Shown piece by piece: positions 1 through 12,913 of a stretch of DNA of 64,000 nt. Under the pieces are notes generated by a model, which saw only the letters and a program-made list of their open reading frames with translations, had not been told where the DNA came from and ran no database searches. The position numbers and the translations under genes are program-made. How positions within the stretch are numbered: the stretch's first letter is position 1; each line of letters begins with the position of its first letter. Source of the DNA: Torpedo marmorata (Eukaryota); the NCBI GenBank assembly GCA_977017645.1, contig OZ360222.1:68448001-68512000 (forward strand). Reading direction: 5' to 3'.

Positions 1-474
1 GGAGAGCATTCTGGCTGGTTGCATCACTGCCTGGTATGGCGGCGCCAACTCCCAGGACAAGAGTAAACTCCAGAAGGTTGTTAACTCGGCCTGTGACATC
101 ACAGGCACCAAACTTCACTCCATCGAGGACATCTACATGAGGCGGTGTCTTAAAAAAGCAGCCTCTATCCTCAAGGACCCCCAGCACCCAGGCCATGCCC
201 TCTTCACTCTGCTTCCATCGGGGAAAAGGTACGGGAGCCTAAAGACAAGCACTCAACGGCACAAGGACAGCTTCTTCCCCGCTGCCATCAGATTCCTGAA
301 TAATCAATGAACCAAAGACACTACCTTACTTTTCGTGCACTATTGTTTATAATTTTGTATAGTAATGTCGTTAGATGGTTAATATGAATGTTAATTGCAC
401 TATGATGCTGCCGCAAAACACCAAATTTCATGACTTGTTCATGACAATAAATTCTGATTCTGATTCTGATTCTG
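1..474 (+). mobile_element. Rex1/Babar-type LINE 3' end
   Basis: Translates ESILAGCITAWYG...KDPQHPGHALFTLLPSGKRY...SFFPAAIRFLN (Rex/Babar ORF C-terminus); ends GACAATAAA+(TTCTGA)n. Confidence 0.85.
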
Positions 475-475
475 A

Positions 476-1280
476 AATGTGAGGTGCTACATTTTAGTAG
501 GATTAATCAGCAAAGGTCATACATGTTAAATGGAAGACAATTGAGAAGTGCAGTAGAACAGAGGGATTTAGGAATACTGGTACATAATTCCCTGAAAGTT
601 GAGTCACACGTAGATAGGGTGGTGAAGAAAGCATTTGGTATGTTGGCCTTCATAAATCAGAGTATTGAATATAGGAGTTGGGATGTCATGTTGAAGTTGT
701 ATAAGGCATTGGTGAGGCCAAATTTGGAATATTGTGTGCAGTTTTGGTCGCCGAATTACAGGAAGGATATAAACAGAATAGAGAGAGTACAGAGGAGATT
801 TACAAGAATTTTTCCTGGGTTTCTGGGTTTGAGTTACAGGGAAAGTTTGAACAGGCTGGGACTTTATTCCCTGGAGCGTAGAAGGTTGAGGGGTGATTTG
901 ATAGAGGTATTTAAAATTATGAAGGGGACAGATAGAGTCAATGTGGACAGGCTTTTTCCATTGACAGTGGGGAAGATTCAAACAAGAGGGCATGGATTGA
1001 GATTGAAGGGGGAAAAGTTTAGAGGAAACATGAGGGGGAATTTCTTCACTCAGAGGATGGTAGGAGGATGGAACGAGCTTCCGGCCGAAGTGGTAGATGC
1101 AGGTTCAATTTTAATGTTTATGGAAAGGTTGGATAGGTATATGGACGAGAGAGGTGTGGAGGGTATGGGCCGGGTGCGGGTCAGTGGGACTAGGTGGGAG
1201 AATGTGTTCGGCATGGACTCGAAGGGCCGAACTGGCCTGTTTCTGTGCTGTAAATGTTATATGGTTATATGGTGATATGG
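476..1280 (+). mobile_element. CR1 LINE 3' fragment (family A)
   Basis: ORF 484-1275 carries CR1 RT C-terminal motifs LVRPNLEYCVQFWSP, LYSLERRRLRGDLIE, FFTQR; tail (TATATGGT)n. Confidence 0.92.
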
Positions 1281-4200
1281 ATCATTGGGATCTCTTCTTG
1301 GGAAGGTCTGGCCTGCACAAAAAGGAGCTGTTGGGGAGGGTTTAAACTAGTTTGGCAGTGGGGTGGGAATCAGAATGTGATTGCAGAGATTAGGGTAGAA
1401 GGACAAAAGCATGATGCTATGTGCTCTGAGTTGGTGAGGAAGGACAGGCAGGGGACAAAACATAAAGGTAGCCAGTTAGAAGGATTGAAATGTGTCTATT
1501 TCAATGCGAGGAGTATTAGGAATAAAGAGGATGAACAGAGCATGGCTCCATGACTGCAGTCGGCTCCGCACAGTCTTTGAACGGCCCATTGAGGGAGCCG
1601 ACAGTGGTTTTATTTGAGATCCTGCGACCGCGGGGTCTGCGCCCAAGATAGCAGCACCTATTAATCAGCAGCAGCCACGAGGGGCTTCAGACTCCGGGGA
1701 GGCGGGGGACTGGAGCAGGGCACCAGAGGACAGAAAGATCACCCCCCGTCTGAGAAGGAGAAGCGGAGGAGATGACCCACGGGACGGTGACCACGGCGGC
1801 GGACCGGTGAGGGGCTCTGAGGCTGAAGGACCAGTGCATGCGGCGGGCTGCTGGCGACTCAAGGCGAGGAACCCACAGAGGCTGTGGGCTGCTGGAGACT
1901 GCTGTCGGGAGACACGCGCCGAGCTGCGGACTGCTGGAGACTGGTTCGAACTGGCTGGAGGAGTACCAGGTATCGGAACCGGGATGTGAGGGGGTGCCGA
2001 GGGCGCCGAAGGGTTCCTGACCGTGTCGGAGGTTCGGATCTGGAGCTCGGGTTGCTGATGGTTTGGACTGGACTCTGCGTGGCTGTGGAGGCTGCGGAAG
2101 CGCTGGAGGCGAATCTACGGACACTCGGTGACTCTGGGGGGACTCTCTTTTGCTTCTCTTTCTCTGACTGTAAGGAATGCTAGAGGCGTTTAGGCAATTT
2201 CTGCCAGTGGCGAAAATGTCTGCCTTGCAGCAGGCAAAAAGAAATTTCATGTGATATGACACTATTTTATTACTATGACAATAAATTGAATCTTGAATCT
2301 TGAATCTTGATAAGTACGTGGAACTACGATGTTGTGGCCGTTACTGAAACTTGGCTGGAGGAAGGGCAAGATTGGCTGATGCAGGTACCGGGGTTTGGGT
2401 GTTTTAAAAAGAATAGGATGGGAGGTAGAAAAGGTGGGGGACTAGCATTACTGCTCAGGGATAGTATCACGGCTATAGAAAGGGAGGACGCTGCAGAGGG
2501 AGTGTCCACTGAGTCGGTGTGGGTGGAAGTCAGAAATAGGAAGGGAGCTATCACTGTGCTGGGAGTAGTCTATAGGCCCCCAAATAGCCCTCGGGATACC
2601 GAGGAGCAGATAAGCAGGCAGATTTTGGAATGGTTCTGGAAATACAGGGTTGTAGTTAAGGGTGATTTTAACTTCCCTAATATTGACTGGCACCTACTGA
2701 CTGAAAGAGGGATAGATGGGGCTGAATTTGTCAGGTGTGTTCAAGAAGGATTCCTGACACAGTATGTGGACCGGCCGACGAGAGGAGAGGCCATATAAGA
2801 TCTGGTTCTGGGGAATGAACCTGGTCAGGTGGCAGACCTCTAGGTGGGGGTGCATTTTGGTGAGAGTGACCACAACTCCCTTAGCTTCAACATAGCTATA
2901 GAAAAGGTTAAAAACGGTCAAAATGGGAAAGTGCTTAACTGGGGAAGAGCTAATTATGAAGGGACGAGGCAGGAACTAGCAAGAGTAAATTGGAAACAGA
3001 TGTTTAAGGGTGAAAGCACAGAAGTAATGTGGAGGAAGTTTAGGGACCACTTGTGCAGGGTTCAAGATAGGTTTGTCCCACTGGGACAAGGAAAGGATGG
3101 TAGGAAAAGGGAATCGTGGCTGACGAAACAGGTCAGGCAACTAGTCAAGCGGAAGAAGGAAGCATACATTAGATATAGGAAGCAGGAAACAGGAAGGGCT
3201 CATGAGAAGTATATGGAAGCCAGGAAGGAGCTTAAGAAATGACTTAGGAGAGCTTGAAGGGGACATGAGAAGGCCTTGGCATGTAGAATTAAGGAGAACC
3301 CCAAGGCGTTCTATGCGTATGTGAAGAACAGAAGGATGACGAGAATGAAGGTGGGGCCGCTAAAGGATAAAGGAGACAACATGTGCCTGGAGGCGGAGGA
3401 GGTTGGGGACGTCCTAAATGAATACTTTGTGTCAGTATTCACAAAAGAAAAGGACCTTGATCACGATGAGGTCGAAATTGAACAGGCCTGTGTGCTGGAC
3501 AGTGTGGATATTAAGGAAGTGGAAGTGTTGGATCTTCTTAAAAACATCAAGATTGATAAGTCCCCGGGGCCGGACGCGATATACCCCAGGCTGCTGTGGG
3601 AAGTGAGAGAAGAGATAGCTGAGGCAGTAGGTATGATATTTGAATCCTATTTGGCCGCAGGGGATGTGCTGGAGGATTGGAAAATGGCAAATGTTGTTCC
3701 CTTGTTTAAAAAAGATAATAGGGAGAATCCTGGGAATTATAGACAGGTGAGTCTTACGTCAGTGGTGTGCAAACCAATGGAGAGGATACTTAAGGATAGG
3801 ATCTATGAGCATTTGGATTAGTACAGTCTACTCAAGGATAGTCAGCATGGCTTTGTGAAGGGAAGGTCATGCCTCACGAGTCTAATTGAGTTTTTTGAGG
3901 AGGTAACAAAAGAATTTGATGAGGGTAGGGTGGTAGATGTGGTCTACATGGATTTCAGCAAGGCATTTGACAAGGTCCCCCATGAGAGACTCATACAGGA
4001 AGTCATGAGGCATAGGATCAGTGGAACCTTGGCTGTGTGGATAAAAAAATTGGCTTGTAGGAAGAAAGCAGAGAGTAGAGGTGGAAGGAAAGTATTCTGC
4101 CTGGAGGTCTGTTCTGGGACCCCTGCTCTTTGTGATTTTTATAAATGACCTTAATGAAGAGGCGGAAGGATGGGTCAGTAAGTTTGCGGATGACACAAAG

Positions 4201-5073
4201 GTTGGAGGAGTTGTCGATGGAGCTGAAGGTTGTAGAAGTTTACAAGAGGATATAGACATGATGCAGAGTTGAGCAGAAAAGTGGCAGATGGATTTCAATC
4301 CGGATAAGTGTGAGGTGATGAATTTTGGAAGGACAAACCAGAAGGCTACTTAAGAGTGTGGATGAACAGAGGGACCTTGGTGTTCAAATCCATACATCCC
4401 TCAAGGTCACCGCACAGGTAGATAGGATAGTTAAGAAGGCCTATGGGATGCTGGGATTCATTAATAGGGGGATTGAATTCAGGAGTAGAGAGGTAATGTT
4501 GCAACTCTACAAATCTCTGGTGAGACCACGCTTAGAGTATTGTGTTCAGTTCTGGTCACCTCATTATAGGAAGGATGTGGAAGCTATGGAGAGGGTGCAG
4601 AGGAGATTTACCTGGATTGGAAAACAAGTCTTATGAGGCAAGGTTAGCAGAGCTGGGACTTTTCTCTTTGGAGCGTAGAAGGATGAGAGGAGACTTGTTT
4701 GAGGTCTACAAGATTATGAGAGGCATAGATAGGGTGGACAGCCAGCACCTGTTTCCAAGGGCAGGATCAGCAAACACCAGAGGACATATGTACAAAGTTA
4801 AGGGAGGGAAGTTTAGGGGAGACATCAGGGGTAAGTTTTTTTCACTGAGAGTTGTGGGTGCCTGGAATGCCTTGTCTGGGATGGCGGTGGAGGCTGAAAC
4901 ATTGGGGGCATTTAAGAGACTCTTAGACAGACACATGGATGAAAAGAAAATAGAGGGTTACAAGGTAGGGAGGGCTTAGTACTTTTTTTTTAGGAAGGAA
5001 TATATGGGTCGGCACAACATCGAGGGCCGAAGGGCCTGTACTTTGCTGTATTGTTCTATGTTATGTCTATGTA
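1281..5073 (+). mobile_element. CR1 LINE (family B): ORF1 end plus disrupted ORF2, interrupted at ~1551-2310
   Basis: DHWDLF (ORF1 end); YFNARSIRNK joined to ISTWNYDVVAVTETWL across the insert; YRPP, GDFNFP, KSPGPD, YMDFSKAFDKVPH, FADDTK; several stops and frameshifts. Confidence 0.92.
1551..2310 (+). mobile_element. GC-rich non-autonomous retroposon, copy 1 (5'-truncated)
   Basis: Near-identical to four other copies; ends GACAATAAA(TTGAATC)n; splits the CR1 endonuclease coding region. Confidence 0.85.
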
Positions 5074-5777
5074 ACATAACATAAACATAAATTTGACGCT
5101 GCAGTGGATATTATGGAACATTTTAAATTCCTTCAGTGGAATTTTTGAGGGTGTAAAATAAAGAGCTACTGGGAGCCAAAGAACAGTTGTAAGCATCACA
5201 CTTCTGAAAGTTTGGAATAGATTTCCAGAGACTGGGATGAAAAAGGAGAAAGCAAACAGCAGTGTGAAAAATGAATGTTTTCCTTTCCCATCGTTGAGTG
5301 GTTGAACTTTCATTCAATGAATGGAGCTGCTGATCCCTGAGAAATATCACGGTTGCAGGCAAATTTACAGGCTAATCTCAATGAACTTTTACATCCTTCA
5401 CTGCAATTTCTCCAGAAGCTGCTTCTTAAACCTCGCCAAGTTTGTAGCATCAGCACGTGCCAAAAATAAGACCTTTCCAGCTCCAAATATTTGCTCTTTG
5501 TGCAGCTGTAACCCTATAGTCTCTGATATTTTGGAGATGTACCACTTTGGTCATAAATTACTGAATGAAAAGGAACACAAATTTGTTCAGAATATTTGCC
5601 AGAAAAAATTTGCTTGAAATCAATCCATGTTTTGTCGCATTATGTCTTAAGGAAGACTGATCCAATCATTAAGCACCATGAAGAATGGTGCAGGTTGCAA
5701 AGAAAATAACTGTTTATTTCACTAAAATGTTCTGCCTTCTGCACCAAAAGGCAGTGATCCATGAGGAGATCATTGAA

Positions 5778-6605
5778 ATGGCGGCACTGCTGGAGCCGCT
5801 GTAGCGGCAGCGCTGCCGCTGGTGTGGACCCGCGGGGAGCTAGGGAGCGAAGATGCAGCGCTCCCGCGGGGTCCAGCCACCCAATCGACTGCCGTCGGTT
5901 CCGCACGGGCTTTGAGAGGCCCATTGAGGGAGCCGACGGTGGTTTTATTTGAGATCCCGTGACCGCGGGGTCTGTGCCAAAGATGGCAGTGCCTTTTAAT
6001 CGTCAGCAGCCACGATGGGCTGCAGACTCCGGGGAAGCAGAGGACTGGAGCAGGGCACCAGAGGACGGAGAGATCACCCCCCCCGTCTGAGGAGGAGAAG
6101 CGGAGGAGATGACCCACGGGACGGTGACCACCAGTGAGGGGCTCTGAGGCTGAAAGACCAGTGCATGCGGCGGGCTGCTGGCGACTCGAGGCGAGGAACC
6201 CGTGGAGGCTGTGGGCTGCTGGAGACTGCTGTCGGGAGACTTGCGTCAGGCTGCGGACTGCTGGAGACTGGCTCAAACTGTCTGGAGGAGTACCAGGTAT
6301 CGGGACCGGGATGCTTAGGGGTGCCGAGGGCGCCGAAGGGTTCCTGACCGTGTAGGAGGTTCGGATCTGGAGCTCGGGTTGCCGATGGTTTGGACTGGAC
6401 TCTGTGAGGCTGTGGAAGCGCTGGAGGCGAATCTACGGACACTGGGGGGACTCTCTTTTGCTTCTCTTTCTCTGACTATAAGGAATGTTAGAGGCGCTTA
6501 GGCAATTTCTGCCAGTGGCGAATCTGTTTGCCTTGCAGCAGGCAAAAAGAAATTTCATAGTAATAAAACAGTGTCATTTTACATGACAATAAATTGAATC
6601 TTGAA
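5778..6605 (+). mobile_element. GC-rich non-autonomous retroposon, copy 2
   Basis: Starts ATGGCGGC; tail interrupted by an L1 insertion and resumes at 8503-8523. Confidence 0.85.
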
Positions 6606-8502
6606 TTTTTTTTAAAAAATATTTTATTTAAAATTTTTAAATCACACAGTACACAGTTTAAAATGCAAATTTCTCAAATTACATGTGATACATTTTCACC
6701 CCCCCTCCCTCCCTCCCTCCCTCCCCTCCCTAACCCTCCCAAAAAGAAAGAAAGAAGAAGAAAAAGATAGAGTAAGGAGAATGTCAATCTAAAAAGAACA
6801 ATTATAAACTGATTTTGTTGTGGAGGATAGGTTCGCCAGCCAGATCCGATGTCCAGAGATCTTCAAATCCTTAAACCAACAGTTTTTATATATGGGCTCC
6901 ATACTTTCAAAAAGAAATGACACTTGTCACGTAGATTATATGTAATTTATATATAATATATATATAATGAAAGACAAGTTTAGTGTAGCAAATAATACAA
7001 TCTTTGCTTACTATCAAATTAGGGCATTTTTATTTGAAAGGTTGAGTCATGGTTTGACCTTACCAAGACAGACTGAATTGGAATTATTAGTTACTAATGG
7101 AGGTGTGCCTAAATTTATTTCTCAAATGTACAGATTGTTACAGAGGAAACTTCCTAAAACAGGAATTTATAAATCAAGATTAAATTGGGAAAAAGATTTG
7201 AATGTAACAATAGATGAAGAACACTGGAAAAAATTATGTAAACAAAGTATGACGAAGATTATTAATGTTAGATATAGATTGGTGCAATATAATTTTTTTC
7301 ATCAATTGTATTTAACGCCTAAAAGACTAAAGAAATTTAATCCGACGTTATCTGGTTTATGTTTTAGATGTAACAGTGAGGAAGGTTCCTTTGGACACTC
7401 CACGTGGTTTTGTCCAAAAGTGTTTGATTTTTGGTTGAAGGTTAAAAAGTTTTTGGATAGGGTACTGGGAGTTACACTCCCAATGGATCCTATGATATTT
7501 TTGTTTGGAGATATTGAGGGAACCAGTGTTAAAGTGAAATTAAATATGTATCAGACAGAATTTTTACGTATTGCTTTAGCAGTTTCATGGCAGATGGAGT
7601 TTAATGCTGATAAGTGTGAGGTGCTTCATTTTGGAAAGAAGAATCAGAACAGGACATATGTAGTAAATGGGAGAGCATTGATGAATACAGAAGAGCAGAA
7701 AGATTTAGGAATAACGGTGCATCGTTCCCTGAAGGTGGAAACTCATGTGAATAGGGTGGTGAAGAAGGCTTTTAGTCTGCTGGCCTTCATCAATCAATGC
7801 ATAGAATATAGGAGTTGGGAAGTGATGTTGAGATTATATAAGGCTTTGGTGCGGCCTAATTTGGAGTTCTGTGTGCAGTTCTGGTCGCCAAATTATAGGA
7901 AGGATATCAACAAATTGGAGAGAGTGCAGAGAAGGTTTACCAGAATGTTACCTGGGTTTAAGAATTTAGAGTACAAGGAGAGATTGAACAGATTAGGTCT
8001 TTATTCTTTGGAGCGTAGAAGGTTGAGAGGGGATTTGATAGAGGTATTTAAAATTATGAAAGGGATAGACAGAGTGGATGTGGATAGACTATTTCCATTA
8101 AGAATAGGAGAGATTGAAACAAGAGGACATGAGCTAAGAGTTAAGGGGCAGAGGTTTAGAGGTAACATGAGGGGGAACTTCTTTACTCAGAGAGTGGTAG
8201 CGGTGTGGAATGAGCTTCCGGGAGAAGTAGTGGCAGCAGAGTCAATTTTAGTATTTAAGAAAAAGTTGGACAAGTATATGGATGTGAGGAAAGTGGAGGG
8301 TTATGGGCAAGGTGCAGGTAGGTGGGACTAGATAGGAATGTTTTGGTTCGGTGCGGACTGGAAGGGCCTAATGGCCTGTTTCCGTGCTGTAATTGTTATA
8401 TGGTTATATGGTTATATGGTATTGCCATTACATGGAAGTCGGATGTAGATTTAGGGTTAGAAAGATGGCATGCAGAGTTGCGTTCATGTTTACCACTCGA
8501 AA
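6606..8502 (-). mobile_element. L1-clade LINE 3' fragment with 5' inversion
   Basis: 6606-6948 is the minus-strand ORF2 end (KITYNLR...SPYIKTVGLRI*) plus 3'UTR/polyA; 6967-8502 is the plus-strand upstream part ending LPLEK; TSD AAATTGAATCTTGAA at 6591-6605 and 8503-8517. Confidence 0.88.
7588..8420 (+). mobile_element. CR1 3' fragment nested in the L1 piece
   Basis: WQMEFNADKCEVLHFG...FFTQRVV; (TATATGGT)n tail; L1 sequence resumes IAITWKSD. Confidence 0.9.
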
Positions 8503-9359
8503 AAATTGAATCTTGAATCTTGATCTCCAGTTACATCGTGTCAGTTTCTCTCTGGTTATGTGGGTAAAGCTGTTACCCCAGTAAGATGACAACATTGCCA
8601 AGCGAGCAAATTTGGTTGGTGGGTGGGGAGGAAAGAGAAATTGGCAAACTAAGAAGAAACTGCATAATGAGATCCATGTATTAGATCGGCAAGCCCCAAT
8701 TTTCTTAAGCGCTTTAACTTGGTTGACATTATACCAATAATCATTTCTGGATGGCATTGGATGCTTCAGGAAATTGAAGTTTTGTTCACATTAGTGTATC
8801 TAATGTGAAATTAACAGCATTACTGTTTGCACAATGCCCTATTTCCACTCTTACTGAGAAAAGCGAGAGTTTTGAATACTATATGTGAATGTATGGAACC
8901 ATCACAGCACACCCATGAGCATGTCACTCTGCTTGTTGAATTTACCTTCATTTAAAAGGGACACCTGGGAGCCTTTAGTGGAAAGCTTCAGAACTGACTG
9001 CAAACTGCTCAATTTTCAACCACAAAATTCACTTTGACAATCAGTGAATACTTTCTCCATCATCCCTCAGACTCTCTCCCTCCAAACTTTGCCCTCCCCT
9101 CTTGCACACTCTCACTTCCCCATCTTCCTTCCATGCATTGGGTTTCCCCTCCCCTCCCCCTCGCTTTCTCTGGTTTTCTTCACACTTCCTTTTCTCCCCC
9201 CCTCATCCATCCCCAAACACTACCCATGCCTATCTACCTTGCTTTCTGTTCTGAGAGAAACCAGATGCACCATTGTTAAGCAGCATTCTCTCCGCAATGG
9301 GTCACATCAGAGTCCGGGGCAATTTTTGGCAGCAGCCTTGTGGCAGTCGGGAAGAAGTT

Positions 9360-12020
9360 AGAGGGCTGGATGAGGAATATTCATCACATTAAGGTGGGTG
9401 ATGGAACATTGCAGGAAATGTAAGGGATTCATGACGAGGACATCAAATATGAGTGAAGTCAAAGGCGAACCAACCCAAAATTTACACAGATTCTAAAACT
9501 CCATTGTAATTCTTCAAAGGGCAGTGAATTATGCACTGAAACCAAAATTGGAAGCAGAATTTGATAGGCTTCTCAGAGAGAAATTAATTGAATGAATGGA
9601 GTACTCTGAAACAGCAATACCCATTTTGTCACTGTTAAAGCATATTGGATATGCGAGGACTTGTAGAGGTTGTAGATAGACTGTTAATGAAGCTTCATCC
9701 TTAGCAGACCATACCATTCCTGGAATGAAAGGCTTATTTGCAGTCTTGTCTGGAGGACAACATTAAATTGAATATCTGCATATCAATTACCGTATATTTC
9801 GGCGTATAAGTCGAGTCTTGAAACCCTCAAAAATCTCTCAAAAATAGGGGTCGACATACGCCAGATATACTTTTGAGACCTTAAATTCAACTCAAAAAAA
9901 CGCTGGACACCGATTCGGCATATAAGTCAACCCTTGAAAACCGATTCGGCGTATAAGTCGACCCTTGAAAAACCAAAAAATACTCCAACTACCACAAATT
10001 CTCATTGAAAATTTTATTGAAAAAACACATTTAGAATCCTTCAAAATCACTATCACTATCATCGTCTGAGGCAAAGATCGCGGCAAGCACATCCGGGGTC
10101 TCACTGTTTAAACAGTCATCATATGGGTCCCAGTCTGTATCTGATGAGGCGGCTTCAGCTTCGTCGTCAGTGTCCCACAATAAATCATCTTCTGTACCAT
10201 CCATTGCACAAGAGACACCGCACTTTTTAAATGATTTTATTACAGTCTCTACTTTCACTTTGTCCCATGCTTTGAGAACAAAGTCATACAGCACATCAAG
10301 TGATGCAGCACGCATTTCCCCGCCTTTTGTAAATGATTTTTCTGCACTCTTCATCCAAGTATTCCATTCTTGACACACATGGTCTTTGAATGGCTTGTTC
10401 AAGCAGACATCGAGAGGTTGCAATAGAGACGTCAAACCACCCGGGAAACTGCCATGTACGTATTATTTAATGCTAATCTACTTTTAGTGTTCTCAGTTAA
10501 GTGGCTACGAAACATATCCCAGACCAGCAAACTCCGTTCCTTGTGTAAACCGCCTGGCCGCCTGTTCCACACATTGTCTATCCATAGTTTTACACCATTT
10601 TCATCCATCCATCCTTTTTCATGAAAATGTACAAAAATACCTGCTGAGAATTTTATTTTAGGTTTTATTTTGTGTTTGAAGATTACCATGGGTCTTAATT
10701 TCATCCCGTCGGCCATGCATGATAACACCACGGTAAACCTGGTCCGTTCATGTCCTGTACTCCTGGTTTGCACAGTTTTCACACCTTTCCATTCCACTGT
10801 TCTATTGCCTATCATGTCAAAATTCATGGGGGTTTCGTCCATGTTTCCAATATTTGCCAATGCAAACTTGTGTTTCTGCCGGTTACGTAAAATAAACTAG
10901 TGAAAACTTATAACTTTATGATCAAGATCTTTTGGTAGTTTCTGAGCAATTTTTGTTTTTTGTCGTAATACCAGATTTTTCCTGTTCATGAAATGGTTGC
11001 ACCAGCCTACTGTAGCTTCAAAATCATTACTGAGTTCTGGGTGCGACTTTGCCCACTTCAGTGCAAATGTTCTTATTTTATTTCGGGTGACTATGTAGCA
11101 ATCTTGCCTCTGTTCACGTACCCATGCTGTGACATGATTTTCCAACTCTGGCCAACGAGTGATTCCTCTTCTCATCGAACATTGCCTTTTTGGTATTTTT
11201 CTTAGAGTCTCTTCTTTCTTTCTCCAATCTCTTACCAACTTCTCATATACATCAAATTTTCTTGCAGCAGCACAGTTGTTGGTTTTCTTGGCCATGTCTA
11301 TTACTTTTAACTTAAAACGTGCTTCATACTTTCATCGTTTTGATGGAGCTTCCATGATAACAACCACCTTCAGCCAACGCCCAACAGCTCAGTCATCGCG
11401 ATTTTTGGGGTCATACGCTCGATATATGATAAAACCATTAAAATGAGGCTGAAAAATGAGGGTCGACCTATCTGCCGATCGACTTATACGCTGAAATATA
11501 CGGTAATAGTGTTGGGGGATGAGCCCGGAAAACATGAGCACAAGAAAACAGAAACAGGAGTAAGTTTGTCAGCCTTTTAAGTCAGCCCTACAGTTCAATG
11601 TGATCATTGTTTATCTGCCCCAGTCCTTATCGCCTCTTCTCTTCCAGTTCCCATAACCTTCAATTCCCTGATCTTTCATGTATCTACCTCATCTTTTATG
11701 AGCTACAATGATCTATCCTCCAAAAGCCTCTGGGATGGAAAATTCCAGAAAAGTTTTTGACTGTCAACACACACAAGGGCTTGTTCACATATGATTGATT
11801 ACCTTTTGAAGTTTTGTCTGTGCCTGCTATATCTCAGAGAAATATACAGATTTCTGCAGGGCATTCCCAGGAATGCTGAATGCTTGGATAATGTCCTGGT
11901 TATGGGAGTGTTGAGAGATGAACTCCTGTAGAATCTGAAAGAAACATTGAGCAGAATAAAAAAGGCAGACCCACATATAAAGACAAGTGTTCTTTGGAAA
12001 CCACAAGGATGCTAAAGATC
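9360..12020 (+). mobile_element. Ancient Gypsy-type pol remnant interrupted by pogo and a CR1 scrap
   Basis: Degenerate RT motifs: LFAVLSGGQ (~9735), TVNTHKGLF...LPF...PAI (~11760), LDNVLV (~11884). Confidence 0.55.
9790..11503 (-). mobile_element. pogo-family (POGK/Passer-like) DNA transposon, defective copy
   Basis: TIRs CCGTATATTTCGGCGTATAAGTCGA flanked by TA; transposase broken into ORFs 10897-11295, 10432-10860, 10031-10435. Confidence 0.93.
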
Positions 12021-12034
12021 TGCAGCTTGATCAA

Positions 12035-12900
12035 TACCATAATCCCAAGCAAACACATCCTCAAACTTAGGGAACAAGACCTCTGTACCCTTCCTCAGCA
12101 TTGATCATTGACTTCCTTCTAACAGACTACAATCAGTGAAGATGGGTAACAGCATCTCCTCCATTATCACATTCAACACCTGCGCTCCTCAAGGATATGG
12201 ACCAGTCCCATGCTTTACTCCCTATATACCCACGAATATACACCCAAATACCATTCCAACTCTATCTTTAGATTTGCTAATGACACCACAGTCATTGGCC
12301 AGGTGTCAAATAATGATTTGATGGAATGCAGAAAGGAGATTGAAAGACTAGTGGGATGGTGCCAAGATCCCTCTCAATGTCAATAAGATGAAGGAGATGA
12401 TCATACACTTCAGGAGAGGGGCAGAGTCCATGCTCTTGTCCACCTCATGAGTAGATAGGTTCAAGTTCTTTAGAATAAATGTTTCCAATGAACTGATCTG
12501 GATCGATCACGTTGACACAATGGTCTAGAAAGCACACCAACAACTCTACTTTCTACTAAGACTAAGGAAGTTCAGAATGCTCTTCCATGTCGCTCAACAA
12601 GTTCCACAAGTGCACTGTATATCATTTGCTGGATGTATCACAATGTGTATCATTGCTCTGCTCAAGATAGTTAGAAGTGACAGAGGTTGGTGAATCACAC
12701 AAACTTCCTTCTCTCCCCAACCCCCCCTCCCCCACCCCCCCACCCATGGACATCTCACGCTGGCTAGGAAAGGCAGTCAACATGCTGAAGGACCCATCAC
12801 ACCCCGGACACACTCTCTTTTTCTTCTAATGGGGGAGGAGGCTCAAATGTATGTTTAAAGGGAGTTTCTTCCCAGCAGCTCTCAGGCTCCTGAATGAACC
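12035..12900 (+). mobile_element. Degenerate Rex/Babar LINE fragment
   Basis: Remnants of APQG, FANDTTV, KDPSHPGH, SFFPAALRLLN. Confidence 0.7.
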
Positions 12901-12913
12901 CCACGCAGTGCTC

